Shown here: piece after piece, positions 1 to 10,900 of the stretch
How the letters are laid out: the number at the start of each line of letters is the position of its first letter
Numbering within the stretch: the first letter of the stretch is position 1
Assembly: GCA_002787155.1 (NCBI GenBank)
Contig: PCVY01000064.1
Location: forward strand, 10,475-74,474
DNA length: 64,000 bases
From: Candidatus Abzuiibacterium crystallinum
GTDB taxonomy: Bacteria; Omnitrophota; Omnitrophia; Omnitrophales; Abzuiibacteriaceae
Direction: 5' to 3'
Translations under genes and position numbers: made by a program
Notes under the pieces: generated by a model
What the model saw: the letters and a program-made list of their open reading frames with translations, nothing else
Databases searched by the model: none
Told to the model about the DNA's origin: nothing

Positions 1-3000
1 CAGAAGTTTTATGGAGCGCTTTACGTACAGCAGGTATGCTGGATGATGAAGGCCGTCCGACTGAACAATTCAAGAAGTTAAGAGTGCAAATGCGTTTTGA
101 CGGATCTCCTGAACATGTTCAGGCAGTTCTAAAATTGGGCATTCCGGATCAATTTAAATGGTTCCAAAATGACATCATTCGGATGTTGGATGATGCCGGT
201 CGTTCAGAGTTGCGTATCAGCGAAATGGAAGCTTTTCGTGATGAGGTGGAAGAGACAGAAAAGTGGATGAATAGTGACCGCTTTCAAGGTATCAAGCGTC
301 TTTATTCAGCGCGCCAAGTGGTGGAACAGCGCGGAACCATTAAAAAGGTTTATCAGGTGGCACATGACGGAGCTGTCGGAATGTATGCGCGCTTGCGTGA
401 ATTATTTGCTAATCGCGAAACCAACACTACTTACGGGCCTTATTCAGGCGGCCAGATTGTGACCATGAAGCGTTTAATAAAAAATCACATTGTTTATTTA
501 GGCGGTTGGGCAACTTCTGCGCAAGGGGATGACACCGAAGAGCCCGGCGCTGATTTAGCCAGTTATCCTTTAAGCCGTGTTCCGCTTGAAGCGGCTCGTT
601 TGATTCGGGCATTGCTGAAAGCCGATGGCAGCCAACAATATGAGCGAATGCACATGTCTGAATCAGAGCGCAACAAAACAGCCGCATTTGATTTCAGACC
701 TTGGATGATTGCCGATGCGGATACCGGTCACGGCGGGGATGCACACACGCGTAATTTGATCAGGCGTTTTGTGGAAGTGGGCGTGCCGGGTTATCACATT
801 GAAGATCAAAAACCGGGATGCAAGAAATGCGGTCATCAGGGCGGCAAAGTTCTCGTTTCAATTGAAGAGCACATTAAACGCTTAAATGCAGCGCGTTTTC
901 AGCTGGATGTGATGGGTGTGCCGGGTATCGTTGTATCTCGCACGGATTCAGAAGATGCTTCGTTTTTGGATAACAATAGTGACGAACGCGACCACAGTTT
1001 TATTTTAGGAGTTACTAATTTAAATGTTTTGGAGTACAAATTACTGACACTTGCTATTCAAAAACGCTTTTATGATTTGGGTGTTACCACGATCAATGGC
1101 CATGAACTTTATGGTATTACAGATGCGCGCTATCAGGAAGCTATGCAATGGCTCAAAAAACAAGGGCTCTTAGATCAGATTGATGAATTGGTTAAAAGTG
1201 TTGATATGAAGGACAAGGCTAGCGACAGTGATGAAAAAGCCTTGGATAAAGCGACCGCGCTGATGCATGAGAAATGGGTTGAGGAAGCAAATTTAAAAAC
1301 ATACGGGCAGGCAGGTGCTGATGTGATGGCAGAGCGCATCGCAGCAGGCGAGTCGTTCGATATGTCTGTTGAAGAATGGCTCTCTTTTACCAAAAAAGTA
1401 TCCAACCAAGAAGCCCGGGCCAAAGCAAAAGAGCTTGGCATTGAAGTGAGTTGGGATTGGGAATTGGCCCGAACCCCCGAAGGTTACTATCAAATTAAAT
1501 CCGGCATCGAATACGCCATTCACCGCCAGCTTTATTTTGCACCGTTTGCGGACATGCTTTGGATGGAAACCAAGACTGCCAATTTAGAGGAAGCACGCCA
1601 ATTTGCCGAAGGTATTCACGCCGTTTTTCCCGACAAAATGCTAGCCTACAATTTATCGCCTTCCTTTAATTGGGATACCACCGGCATGACGGATGAGGAA
1701 ATGCGCCAATTTCCCGTCGAACTTGGAAAGCTGGGGTATGTTTTTAATTTTATCACTTATGCCGGACACCAAATCGATGGTTTGGCAGCTGAGGAGTTTA
1801 CGCGTGCTTTTATCAAAGATGGCCCCTTGGAACTCGCGCGCGTCCAGCGTCGATTTAGGCTGCATAAATCCCCTTATACCCGGCCACAGAAATTGGTCGG
1901 GGGCGCCATTCAAGATGCAGCGCTCATGGCTTCCACAGGCCGTACGGCTGCTACCAGAGCCATGGGAGGGAAGTCGACTGATAAACAGCATCAAAAACCA
2001 ATTGAATTACCGACTTCGCTTTTAGATGGCTGGCTAGAAACGTGGGTAGAAGTTAACCAATATCCCACAGGGCCTCTCACCGCAGAACTTCAGGCAACTT
2101 TTGATAATCCAGGCGAGTTAATGCTCAATGTTTTTGATCGGGAATTCCAAAGAATTGCCTCAATTATTTTTCGCGATGAAACTGATCGAGAAGGAAAACA
2201 TAATTTATTCATTAAAGATCAGCTCACAGAAGAAGTCTGGCGGAACAAACGCCTCACTACCTTGATGCATTTGTTTTTAATCAAGCGTTTCAAAGCGGAT
2301 ATTGTCAATTATATTCGTCCCACCTTGGCTAACCAAACCATGGCCCGGAGAATGATGAGTCTGGGTTTTTATGTGGAAGCGGCAACGAATGGGGAAGCTA
2401 ATTTAATCATGAGTGCCCACGTCAATATGATGGCAATTGATTCCTTAATTCAATCTGACAAGGCGCTGACAGATTTTATTACAAGGAAAGCTGATGAAAA
2501 ACTCTTGATCACGCAACGAGCTGAACAATTGCAAGCCGATTTGAGCGTGAAACAACTGGAATTAACCAAGGCACGTTTAAATTCTGCGAAAGATGTAGAT
2601 ACCATCACGCAATTGGACGCCGAAGTACGCGAGGCTCTGCGCGCGCTTGATGAGTTTGTTCAATTGGCGGGAGAGCTTGAAGAATTAAAATCAGACGTAT
2701 CACAAACGCCGGCAGACCAAAGGCAGTCATTAGAAGACAAAATTCTAGACATTCGTACCCAGCTTGGTTTAACTGAGCATGCAAGGGGTGAAGCGGTTCA
2801 TTCAGAACTTCGGGAAGAGAAGGTCGAAGTGTCCGGCACGGGAAAACCTGCAAAGGAAAAGGTTGATAATCAATTAAGCATACCCTTTAAACAGCTGCCG
2901 CCCGAACAAAAGATAGAACTGTCCCGCGGCGGAGTCGTTACCGTCAAACAAGCACGGGCCGTTCAAGCTTTGTTGACAAAACTTTTAAGGGAGGATATCT

Positions 3001-4820
3001 CAGCAGTCATCAATCTGCAAATTCTGGCAGAAAAGGGCAGTCATGTGCCCATCAACGAAATACCTGCTGCCACAGAAGGCCAAGCGCCTCAAAAAGTGGT
3101 AGCGGAAGACCAAGTGCAAGCACTGGAAGCAACTAAGTTGGTGAAGGTAGAGCGCGAGAAAGGCGGGAGAGTGACAGTGACTATGCCAACTGTCATTCGA
3201 GCGCTTATCCTTTCTATTTTAAGCGGCGCCCATGTATTTGAGTACGAAGTTGTCCGCGATCCGCGTAAGGGTGCAGGCACGGTTCAAGTGACGGCTCAGC
3301 CAGGTAATGGCCGCCTCGAAAGCAAAACAGCTGCTCTTGCTCTCAAAACTTCACCGGTGATACCGAACGTATCGCCTGAAGTCACAGAAGACGGAGGACT
3401 TTCCCTTGCCGATGCTGATGAACAAGCAGAAAAAGTGCCTGCAAATGCCATTGATTTTATGGCGCTTCGTCAAAGCGTTGCAGATGCTGCTATTCAAATT
3501 ATTATGCAAGCCCATTCCAATAAAGGGGCAGTGGATGACAATCAGCTTCACGTTACCTTTGGGGGTAAAGAAGTGGTTCATGTGGTGTTGCCGGAAAGTT
3601 TATTGGAGTTTGATGATACGTTTGCGAGGGACGCACAAAGGGCAATCGGCGACAAATTTAAAGCGCATGGCGGCTTACTGTTTACCCTAGAGGTTCAAGG
3701 GACAATTATTCATATTAGGCATATCGATGGGACGGGGACGGTCACAAATGATTCCGGAACCCCTGTGGTTGGTTTGCGCGTGGTGGGTGTTAAGAATGAT
3801 GGGCGTTCCGAACTTCGTTTCAGCGATCTTTTAGCTGATCATTTAGAGGTTCTGAAAGGCACCAAAGCACTCGCTGAAAAACAATTGCGCCAATTTAATG
3901 CATTACCCCAAGGTCTTCAATCTACTCAAGAAGAAGATTGGCTGCGCACACAGCTGGGGGAAATTAACGACGCTATCGCTAAATTACTTGCTACCGAGCG
4001 CACCGAACTCCGTAATCATGTCACGCACCCGGAGCATCGGTTTGCAGAAAAGCTACGAATTGGAACCGAATTGGAAGCACTGCAAATGCAGTTAGCCGGA
4101 TTACATCAAAAGCCGGAAAGTGAATTAACTGACACTGAACGGGAGACCATCCAGCAAATTGGAGATGCCATTAAAGCTTTGCAAGATTCTTTAGACCAAC
4201 TTTCAGCTCAGGGCCGCTCGGTTCCGAAACATGCCGAGTTAAGAATTGATTCCAGCACAAATGATATTTCTGTGTTTTTAAGAATCAGTGATCAAATCAA
4301 AACCATGTTTGCACAAGATGAAGAAGCCCACGAACCACAGAGATTGATCGGATGGGTGAGTGGCGTTGTTAATCAATCTGTTAACAGTCAGTCAACCACG
4401 GCCATATCGGAATCGCGTGTTGGGTACGCTGTTTCCCGTGCGGTGGCCTTTGATGAAGCGATGGTCTTTATTTTGGCAGAATTAGCGCGTCATCAAGCTG
4501 CGCCCATCGTCATAGTGACAGATTTTGACACGGATTTAGCCATTGTGAATCAAATCAACGCTACTTTACCGGAAGGGCGCGAAATTCTAACGGCTTCCAA
4601 CGAAGTGGCGGCCGCTAACTTGTTATGGGCAAAGGGTATTCGAAATAGCACTTATCTCACCAGGGAAGAGTTGGACGCAGTGAGATTAAAAAATGTGTTT
4701 AGCCAAATTACCATACTCACAGAAGCAGCCATGAATCGGATTAAATCAGGTATCGATGGTTTAACAGAAATACTGAACCAAGCTGCTCAAGCATATAACA
4801 CCATCGTCACTGCTGTTTAA
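1..4820 (+). CDS. isocitrate lyase-domain giant fusion protein, 5'-partial (ICL catalytic domain with a long-form insertion, then a ~930-aa C-terminal extension of unknown function)
   Basis: The ORF track reports 36..4820, but the frame is open back to nt 3 with no stop, so the gene probably begins upstream of the window. The ICL active-site signature K-K-C-G-H ([12 protein letters not shown]) lies at about nt 823-837. The N-terminal region has a eukaryote/ICL2-like pattern ([37 protein letters not shown]). [19 protein letters not shown] and FNFITYAGH motifs are present. There is a long insertion, typical of long-form ICLs, between the SRTD and NLSPSFNW blocks. The ICL domain ends around nt 2000. 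The remaining ~930 aa have coiled-coil stretches and no domain I recognise. There is no malate synthase signature. Confidence 0.85.
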   Translation, partial: EVLWSALRTAGMLDDEGRPTEQFKKLRVQMRFDGSPEHVQAVLKLGIPDQFKWFQNDIIRMLDDAGRSELRISEMEAFRDEVEETEKWMNSDRFQGIKRLYSARQVVEQRGTIKKVYQVAHDGAVGMYARLRELFANRETNTTYGPYSGGQIVTMKRLIKNHIVYLGGWATSAQGDDTEEPGADLASYPLSRVPLEAARLIRALLKADGSQQYERMHMSESERNKTAAFDFRPWMIADADTGHGGDAHTRNLIRRFVEVGVPGYHIEDQKPGCKKCGHQGGKVLVSIEEHIKRLNAARFQLDVMGVPGIVVSRTDSEDASFLDNNSDERDHSFILGVTNLNVLEYKLLTLAIQKRFYDLGVTTINGHELYGITDARYQEAMQWLKKQGLLDQIDELVKSVDMKDKASDSDEKALDKATALMHEKWVEEANLKTYGQAGADVMAERIAAGESFDMSVEEWLSFTKKVSNQEARAKAKELGIEVSWDWELARTPEGYYQIKSGIEYAIHRQLYFAPFADMLWMETKTANLEEARQFAEGIHAVFPDKMLAYNLSPSFNWDTTGMTDEEMRQFPVELGKLGYVFNFITYAGHQIDGLAAEEFTRAFIKDGPLELARVQRRFRLHKSPYTRPQKLVGGAIQDAALMASTGRTAATRAMGGKSTDKQHQKPIELPTSLLDGWLETWVEVNQYPTGPLTAELQATFDNPGELMLNVFDREFQRIASIIFRDETDREGKHNLFIKDQLTEEVWRNKRLTTLMHLFLIKRFKADIVNYIRPTLANQTMARRMMSLGFYVEAATNGEANLIMSAHVNMMAIDSLIQSDKALTDFITRKADEKLLITQRAEQLQADLSVKQLELTKARLNSAKDVDTITQLDAEVREALRALDEFVQLAGELEELKSDVSQTPADQRQSLEDKILDIRTQLGLTEHARGEAVHSELREEKVEVSGTGKPAKEKVDNQLSIPFKQLPPEQKIELSRGGVVTVKQARAVQALLTKLLREDISAVINLQILAEKGSHVPINEIPAATEGQAPQKVVAEDQVQALEATKLVKVEREKGGRVTVTMPTVIRALILSILSGAHVFEYEVVRDPRKGAGTVQVTAQPGNGRLESKTAALALKTSPVIPNVSPEVTEDGGLSLADADEQAEKVPANAIDFMALRQSVADAAIQIIMQAHSNKGAVDDNQLHVTFGGKEVVHVVLPESLLEFDDTFARDAQRAIGDKFKAHGGLLFTLEVQGTIIHIRHIDGTGTVTNDSGTPVVGLRVVGVKNDGRSELRFSDLLADHLEVLKGTKALAEKQLRQFNALPQGLQSTQEEDWLRTQLGEINDAIAKLLATERTELRNHVTHPEHRFAEKLRIGTELEALQMQLAGLHQKPESELTDTERETIQQIGDAIKALQDSLDQLSAQGRSVPKHAELRIDSSTNDISVFLRISDQIKTMFAQDEEAHEPQRLIGWVSGVVNQSVNSQSTTAISESRVGYAVSRAVAFDEAMVFILAELARHQAAPIVIVTDFDTDLAIVNQINATLPEGREILTASNEVAAANLLWAKGIRNSTYLTREELDAVRLKNVFSQITILTEAAMNRIKSGIDGLTEILNQAAQAYNTIVTAV

Positions 4821-4875
4821 TTTTCAGGCCAGCCGGCGTCTTGCGAAAAGGATGGTTCTGCTTTCGTAAAAAAAC

Positions 4876-4907
4876 TTGGGGTCAGGTCCCGGACCTGACC
4901 CCAGGGG
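4876..4907. repeat. REP-like palindromic element copy 1 (GGGGTCAGGTCC-C-GGACCTGACCCC)
   Basis: Perfect 12-bp arms around a single central base, core 4878-4902, flanked by CTT...AGG. It lies 56 nt after the stop of the upstream giant gene. Confidence 0.85.
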
Positions 4908-4925
4908 TTGAAAGAAGACAAATGA

Positions 4926-7900
4926 ATGAAACAAACAGGTTTTGGTTCCAAGTTACTGTCACTTACCCTCAGTTTTAGTTTATTTACCACCTGCTCCGTT
5001 GGTTTTACCGATCCGTCACTTATCTTGGGGTCAGGTCCGGGACCTGACCCCAGGCACCTCACGCGCACCAAAGCAGCCGGTCATTCTCTTTCCGTTATTC
5101 ATCAATTAACCGCGCTTAACCCAGAAATTGCGCGCGATCTTTGGCGCCGTCAACAACTGCCTGCTGCTGTTACGCGGTTTATCGATTTATCTGTCAAATC
5201 CGAACTCAGAAGTTCAAGCAATGACACTTGGGGTCAGGTCCGGGACCTGACCCCAGGAGTTCATCGGGCGGAATCATCTTTTTCGTCTAAAATGAAACAG
5301 GGATCATCCGTCAGGACAGTTATTTTCCTGGCTGTTTTGAGTCTAACAGTTTATCTGGGTTTTTTGCAAGTGGCACGCTTTCCAAGCGGCAACGTAAAAT
5401 TGGATTGGGCGGCAGCCTCTTTGATGCCTGTGATTGTGACGGGTGTTTTTTTGGTAGGCTTATTTCGAAATCATTTATTATCTTCCGGTCGGCTTTTTTC
5501 AATCTCGATTTTGGCCGCTGCTCTTTATGGTTGGACAACTGTTCTCGCCAAGCCGGTTCTTAATTTCCCGATGACCCAAGTGGGTCCGCTTCCTTACATG
5601 ATCACGCTTTGGGGAGCGGCTATTTTGCTCCTGCATTATGTTTACGATCAACTTTTTCGTATGAGTGGTAAAGTCAATGGGTCAACCAACACTTCATTCA
5701 CGAGTAGCTGGTTGGCACGATTGATACCACTCTATACTGATTTCAAAATTCTTTTCAAACTCAAACGAGCCACTTCCCGAAACGGAGCCGATTTAACCTC
5801 CACACAACAAATGTTAACTATGAATCGCCGTGCGGGTTTTCTCAGGGGAACTTTTTGGCATCTCGGACCTTTTGCGCTGGCCTTGTGGGGGTCACTTTTT
5901 TCCCAGACATTGGGCGCAGGGACACTTTATTTAGCACTTTACCAGGGCTTAAATCCAAATGTTTATGGTGTGATGGCCCCGATTGGTATTGTGCTCTTAC
6001 CGGGCCTGTTGGCTGCTTGGTGGCTTGGGGAAAAGTTCACAGCGCGCAAATTGATCGGCTATGCCATGGTCTTTTCAGGCATGGCGGCCATTTCAGCCGT
6101 GAGTTTAACGCAAGCGTCCGTTCAGGTTCCATTCGCAGCTTTAGCGCTTGGTCTATTATCCGCTGTTTTTTATGGATTACGCCAGATATTTCATAAACAG
6201 TTGTTTAATAAAAATCTGGATGCCTTGTCAGCGGGTGAGCATGCGCAACTGGAGATGGCGGTTAATCGATTAGGCTATTTTTTGGGGACGGTTACGATGA
6301 TTGGCATCGCCGTCATTCAGGCGATTGTGGGGAATCAGCCGATCGGGTGGTTTACTTTTCTGGTACCTTCAATGGCTATTTTAACAATCGCCAATATGTT
6401 TGTCTGGACGGGAATGTGGGTTCTGGTCTTTTTTGTTACACGCCATATCCACGCTTCTCGATTAACGCCGATTTTAGCTACTTTTCCGTTCTGGACCATG
6501 CTCTGGCAGTGGGTTGTGACCGGTCAATTAAACCCAAGTTTAATTGCAATCGGCGGACTTGTGCTTGCAGGCGGCATTTTGGCATCTTATCAAAAGCCCA
6601 CGCAGGTTGACGGTGGTAGCCGATCGGAATTACGGACTTCTGCCGGGATGTCATTGTTTTCCAAACCCCATTTAAGAACCATTTATATTATTTCACACGT
6701 TATCCTTTTTGGTGTGGGACTTTTGGCTTTTCCGACCCTGTCACTGCTGGCATACGAATCAATTCATATAGGGGCAGTGATTAATTTGATGTTTTTTGCC
6801 AGCTTTGTTTTGATTGGTAATGCGTTCATTCATCAGATTTATCAATGGTATGGTTATCGTTTCAATTTTAAGAAACTTGGCGCCGCCATCACATTGAGTC
6901 TGGTGTCGGGTGCGGTCACTCTCTTGGGCGTGATGCTGATTAATGAGCTATTCCCGCTGGGGCAGGAGTTTGCGGGAACAACCTTTAGATTACCATTGGG
7001 ATTTGGACGCGTTCAAATTGATTTTGCACACCCGTTAATTGCACATACGGTGGTTGCGATACCGCGTGTTCTCATGGCGATTGTTTTAGAGGCTTTAAAC
7101 TTGTTGCTATTGGATTTGCCTTTTCGCTTTTATCGTGACCAGCTTAAAAGCCGGCACGAAGGAACGCAATCAAATTTGAAAAAACGAGAAGCATTTTATC
7201 TTTCACGTTTGTATTCACTGGCAGCTTATTATTTTATTTTGGTGTGGCTGCCAAATTACACTTCTGTTTTGTTCATTGGTTTAGTTTTACAACTGCTTCG
7301 TTTGTTTTTACATGTGTCGGCTAATCGAAAGTCTTATTGGGTAAAATCTTGGTTCATACAAAACCACCGTACTTTGCTCGTTATTTTTCCGCTTTTCTAT
7401 CCTTTCGTCAAACTAGCCCGTTCGTTGCATTGGCTGATAACGCCGAAAGAAACGATTAGCGTAGAGGCCAAATCACGTGTTCTGGCAAGCGCTGTGTGGC
7501 ATGCTTATGAACAATACCAGAAGGAACTTCAAGCACTCAATGACAGGGCATTATCGTTGTTTGAACAAGGCGATTGGGCTCACCTGCAGGTAGATTATCA
7601 GCGCCGGCTTGATTTATATAGCCAATCAATCGAAAATGCCAGCCTGGAAATTAGCCGACAAATTGGGAATGGCTTTATCTCAGAGCAAACCATTTGGGAT
7701 CAAGCACGCACGCATTTTGATGTGTTGGTGATTAATCCTTTGGATAAAAAGTTAGCGGATGCCTTTTTTTATACGGTCAAACGGCGCTTTATTCCGGGAA
7801 CTGAAAGCGATATTCGTTTTATTGCTGAAGACGTCCATCTGTTTAGAGGTTCTGAAGACGTGCTGGAACCGGTATTTACCTCTTACAAAAGAAAAGTTTC

Positions 7901-10900
7901 TACCCGGGCAGCGGTAGAAACCATCCTGAGTCATTATGGTTTTAAAATTCCTTATGAAGATCACGAGCGGGATGTGAATCACATTACCGACCTGGTTAAT
8001 AGACAATTACACTTAGAAGAAGGTGAACCAAATGCGAAAGTTGAGCGTTTTGAAATGCTCAATCCCATCTTTACACGATTTAAGAAAATTTACATTGTCG
8101 GAAGAATTCGAGTGAAAGCCAATACCATTCCTTTGGTATTGGTTTTTGACAACCACAGCCAGAAATTAGTATTGGATCAGGTGGTGATGGAGAGCCTGGA
8201 TGTGAGCCGCTTGTTTGGCTTTACACATTCTCAATTTACGGTGGTGACGGATAACTACCAGGCATTGGTTAACTTTCTTCATGAATTGATGCCGCGCAAA
8301 CATCTTTCGCAAATTTATCGGGTGATCGGCCAATACAATTTGGCTAAGGCCGAAATTCTAAAGGATCTATTCAATCTGATTCGTAAACGGCAAGAACGTT
8401 TTCGCTTGAGTGAGGGAGTGAAAGGTAAAGTTGTCATCAGTTTTTCGCTTCCATCTTCTGACATGATGATTAGAGTGCTTAAAGATAGGCCTGATAAACC
8501 TTTATCACCTCGTGAATTCGAAGCAAAACACTACTTTGCCCGCCATGTTTATAAAGCCGGACGCATCGTAGAAATGATCGGCTTACGAAATGTCAGATTT
8601 CCGAAAGCGGCGTTTGAAGCGGATGTTCTTAAAGAATTATTGGAAAAATCAACAGATCCTGAAAACGGTATTGTCGAAGACGGAGAGTTTATAATTTTAA
8701 AACGTTTTTTTGTCCAAAGATATGTAATCCCTCTAGACATTTTCTTTCAACGGGAGAAAGATCCGGAGATCAGACGCCGCATTCTATTGGATTTAGGTCA
8801 ATTGCATAAAGATTTGGCCAGGGTGAATATTTTTAATGTGGATTTTCTCCCTCACAATCATGGTGTTATTGCAGCAGGAACAGCCAATATGCGCGTTGTT
8901 TTATTTGACCTTGATGCCATTGAATTGTTGACCGATCAAAACTTTCTGAGCGTACCCAGATATTCACGGCCTGTTGATGACGGGGACTTTGATTTGGATT
9001 ATTTTATGTATGGCGGTGATGCGGAAGATATGCGAATGGCGGCGCCCTCGAATGATCAGTACCCCGAACAATTCGAACTCTTAAAAGATATACCTCTTGA
9101 CTTAGTAACCGAATTTATGAGAGTTCATGGTGATTTAATACAGCCGGATTTTTATCTTGCCACCCAACGTGATCTCTGGCAGCAAGCTGATGAATTAGTG
9201 CGCACTTTTCCGTATTCTCTGCTGGCGCGGCGGAGAGCCAACCCCATTCACTCAGAATTGCGGCATTTTTCTTTAGCTGAAAGACTCCAAACGCAGGAGT
9301 TCGTTGTGACAACCGAATTGGATGAACCCGACATGACGCCTGATTACTGGAAATTAATCGACCAAGGCTGGGTGCACGGCATGACCATTACGGATTTACC
9401 TTTGATTTCTAAGGTAGAAGATTTATTGAAACGATACCAAGCAAAGAAAACCATTCGCCAAAACCCGTTTGCCATTTTACACCAAACAACAGGTGCAATC
9501 GTCACTGTTGCCGCCGGTGCGCGTTTTCGAGGTAATATCAGGAACCGCATTTTAAGAATGGTGGAAGAGAATGCGGGCGGGATTTTAGCGGTAGCCAGCG
9601 GTGGTTTGATCAGGCGCTTGGCAAGGGTATTGTGGCTAGAATGGCTTCTGCCCATGAATTCATTTAAAATTTTACGAATGGTAAAAAAAATGAAACAAGC
9701 AGGTATCATTCCTAAAGATTTTCTTATCATGGGTGTTGAAAATCCTTTAATTGGGGACCCCGTTACACAGGTTGACCGGCTGGAGGAGAAAATCGAAGCC
9801 GGAGCAGAAGCCATTATGACCCAGCCGCCGCTTTTATGGCATCAATTTGAAGCTTGGTGGCGAGAAGTTGAGAAGAGAGGATTAAACCGAAGGGTGCCTA
9901 TCATTATTGGTTTTCCGTTTATTACTTCACCGGCAAATTTAAGATTTTGGTATTTTCTGACAGGCGTATCTTCACATCACTTAGAAGCACAAGCTTTGCT
10001 AAGTGAGTTTGAAGAAAAACAAAATGAAGGCGCAGAAGCGTTTGCCAAGTTTCGCCAAGAATTTTCAGAAGGCTTACTAAGAAAAATACGGACATTGCCG
10101 CATGCAGCTGGTATTCATCTTTTTCCTTTGAAAGGCATGCCGCAAGTGATCCCAACGCTTAAAGCCAATGATTTAAGGCCGCCTTTACACCATATCCGAA
10201 GGATTGACCGGCTCATTGGTTTATATGATGAACTGGGCGTTCAGCTGGATATTGAAAATGTGGCTTACAAAGATGAGCATGTCAAGCACCTTGAAGGTGT
10301 CTTGTCTGTGATCTACGGCGTGATTAAGAACTTTGATGATAGACCTAAACGAATAACTATTAACCGAGTTTTTTATAAACAGCATTTTTTAGATAGTGTG
10401 ATGGTAAGAGATATCGTTGGTTCTTCTGATTGGGAACTGACCATCGATTTAAAATCATTTGAAAGAGATAAACTATTTAATATCAAACGCTTAAGACATC
10501 AAGTACAGCAAAAGATCTTAGATCGCAAACGTCCTGAAAGAAAAAAGGAAATTTTTATTACAGCGGGGCCATTTAAACGGTATGCGCATAGTTTGATACG
10601 GCAATGGAATGAAGCTTTTTGGCAGCATGTCAAAGCCATGATGAAAGCATTAAAGCGGGATTATCGAGATACGATCGCCGGTTCGCCTGATACGGAAGCG
10701 CCGATTCTTCATTACAATGCGGAACGGTTTTTGTTGGAAGATCTTTTACCCCTCCGCGAACAAGAAAAACAAACGGGAGTGCCTCCTCAGCCGGTGGCGT
10801 ATGTAGAAGGCGGTGTGGCAAGCATTGATTATGCGCGCGGATTTGTGGATCAATTAAAGAAATTGGCAGAAGACCGCGGTTTGGCCGATTTGCTTACCAA

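Noticed and set aside
2016-4820. The C-terminal extension of the ICL protein as a malate synthase (a C. elegans-type ICL-MS fusion)
   Set aside because: No malate synthase signature (for example the CGRWDY block) or obvious TIM-barrel pattern was found. The region is left as unknown.
4876-5257. The palindromic repeats as a CRISPR array
   Set aside because: The units are perfect palindromes of 25 bp with irregular spacing (146 and 203 bp) and unrelated interspersed sequence. There is no cas gene nearby. They behave like REP/BIME-type intergenic elements.
4926-5291. The N-terminal 122 codons of the called 2863-aa ORF, and the - strand ORF 4817..5071
   Set aside because: Both are created by in-frame read-through of the palindromic elements (GSGPGPDP on either strand). 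A plausible start follows at 5292.
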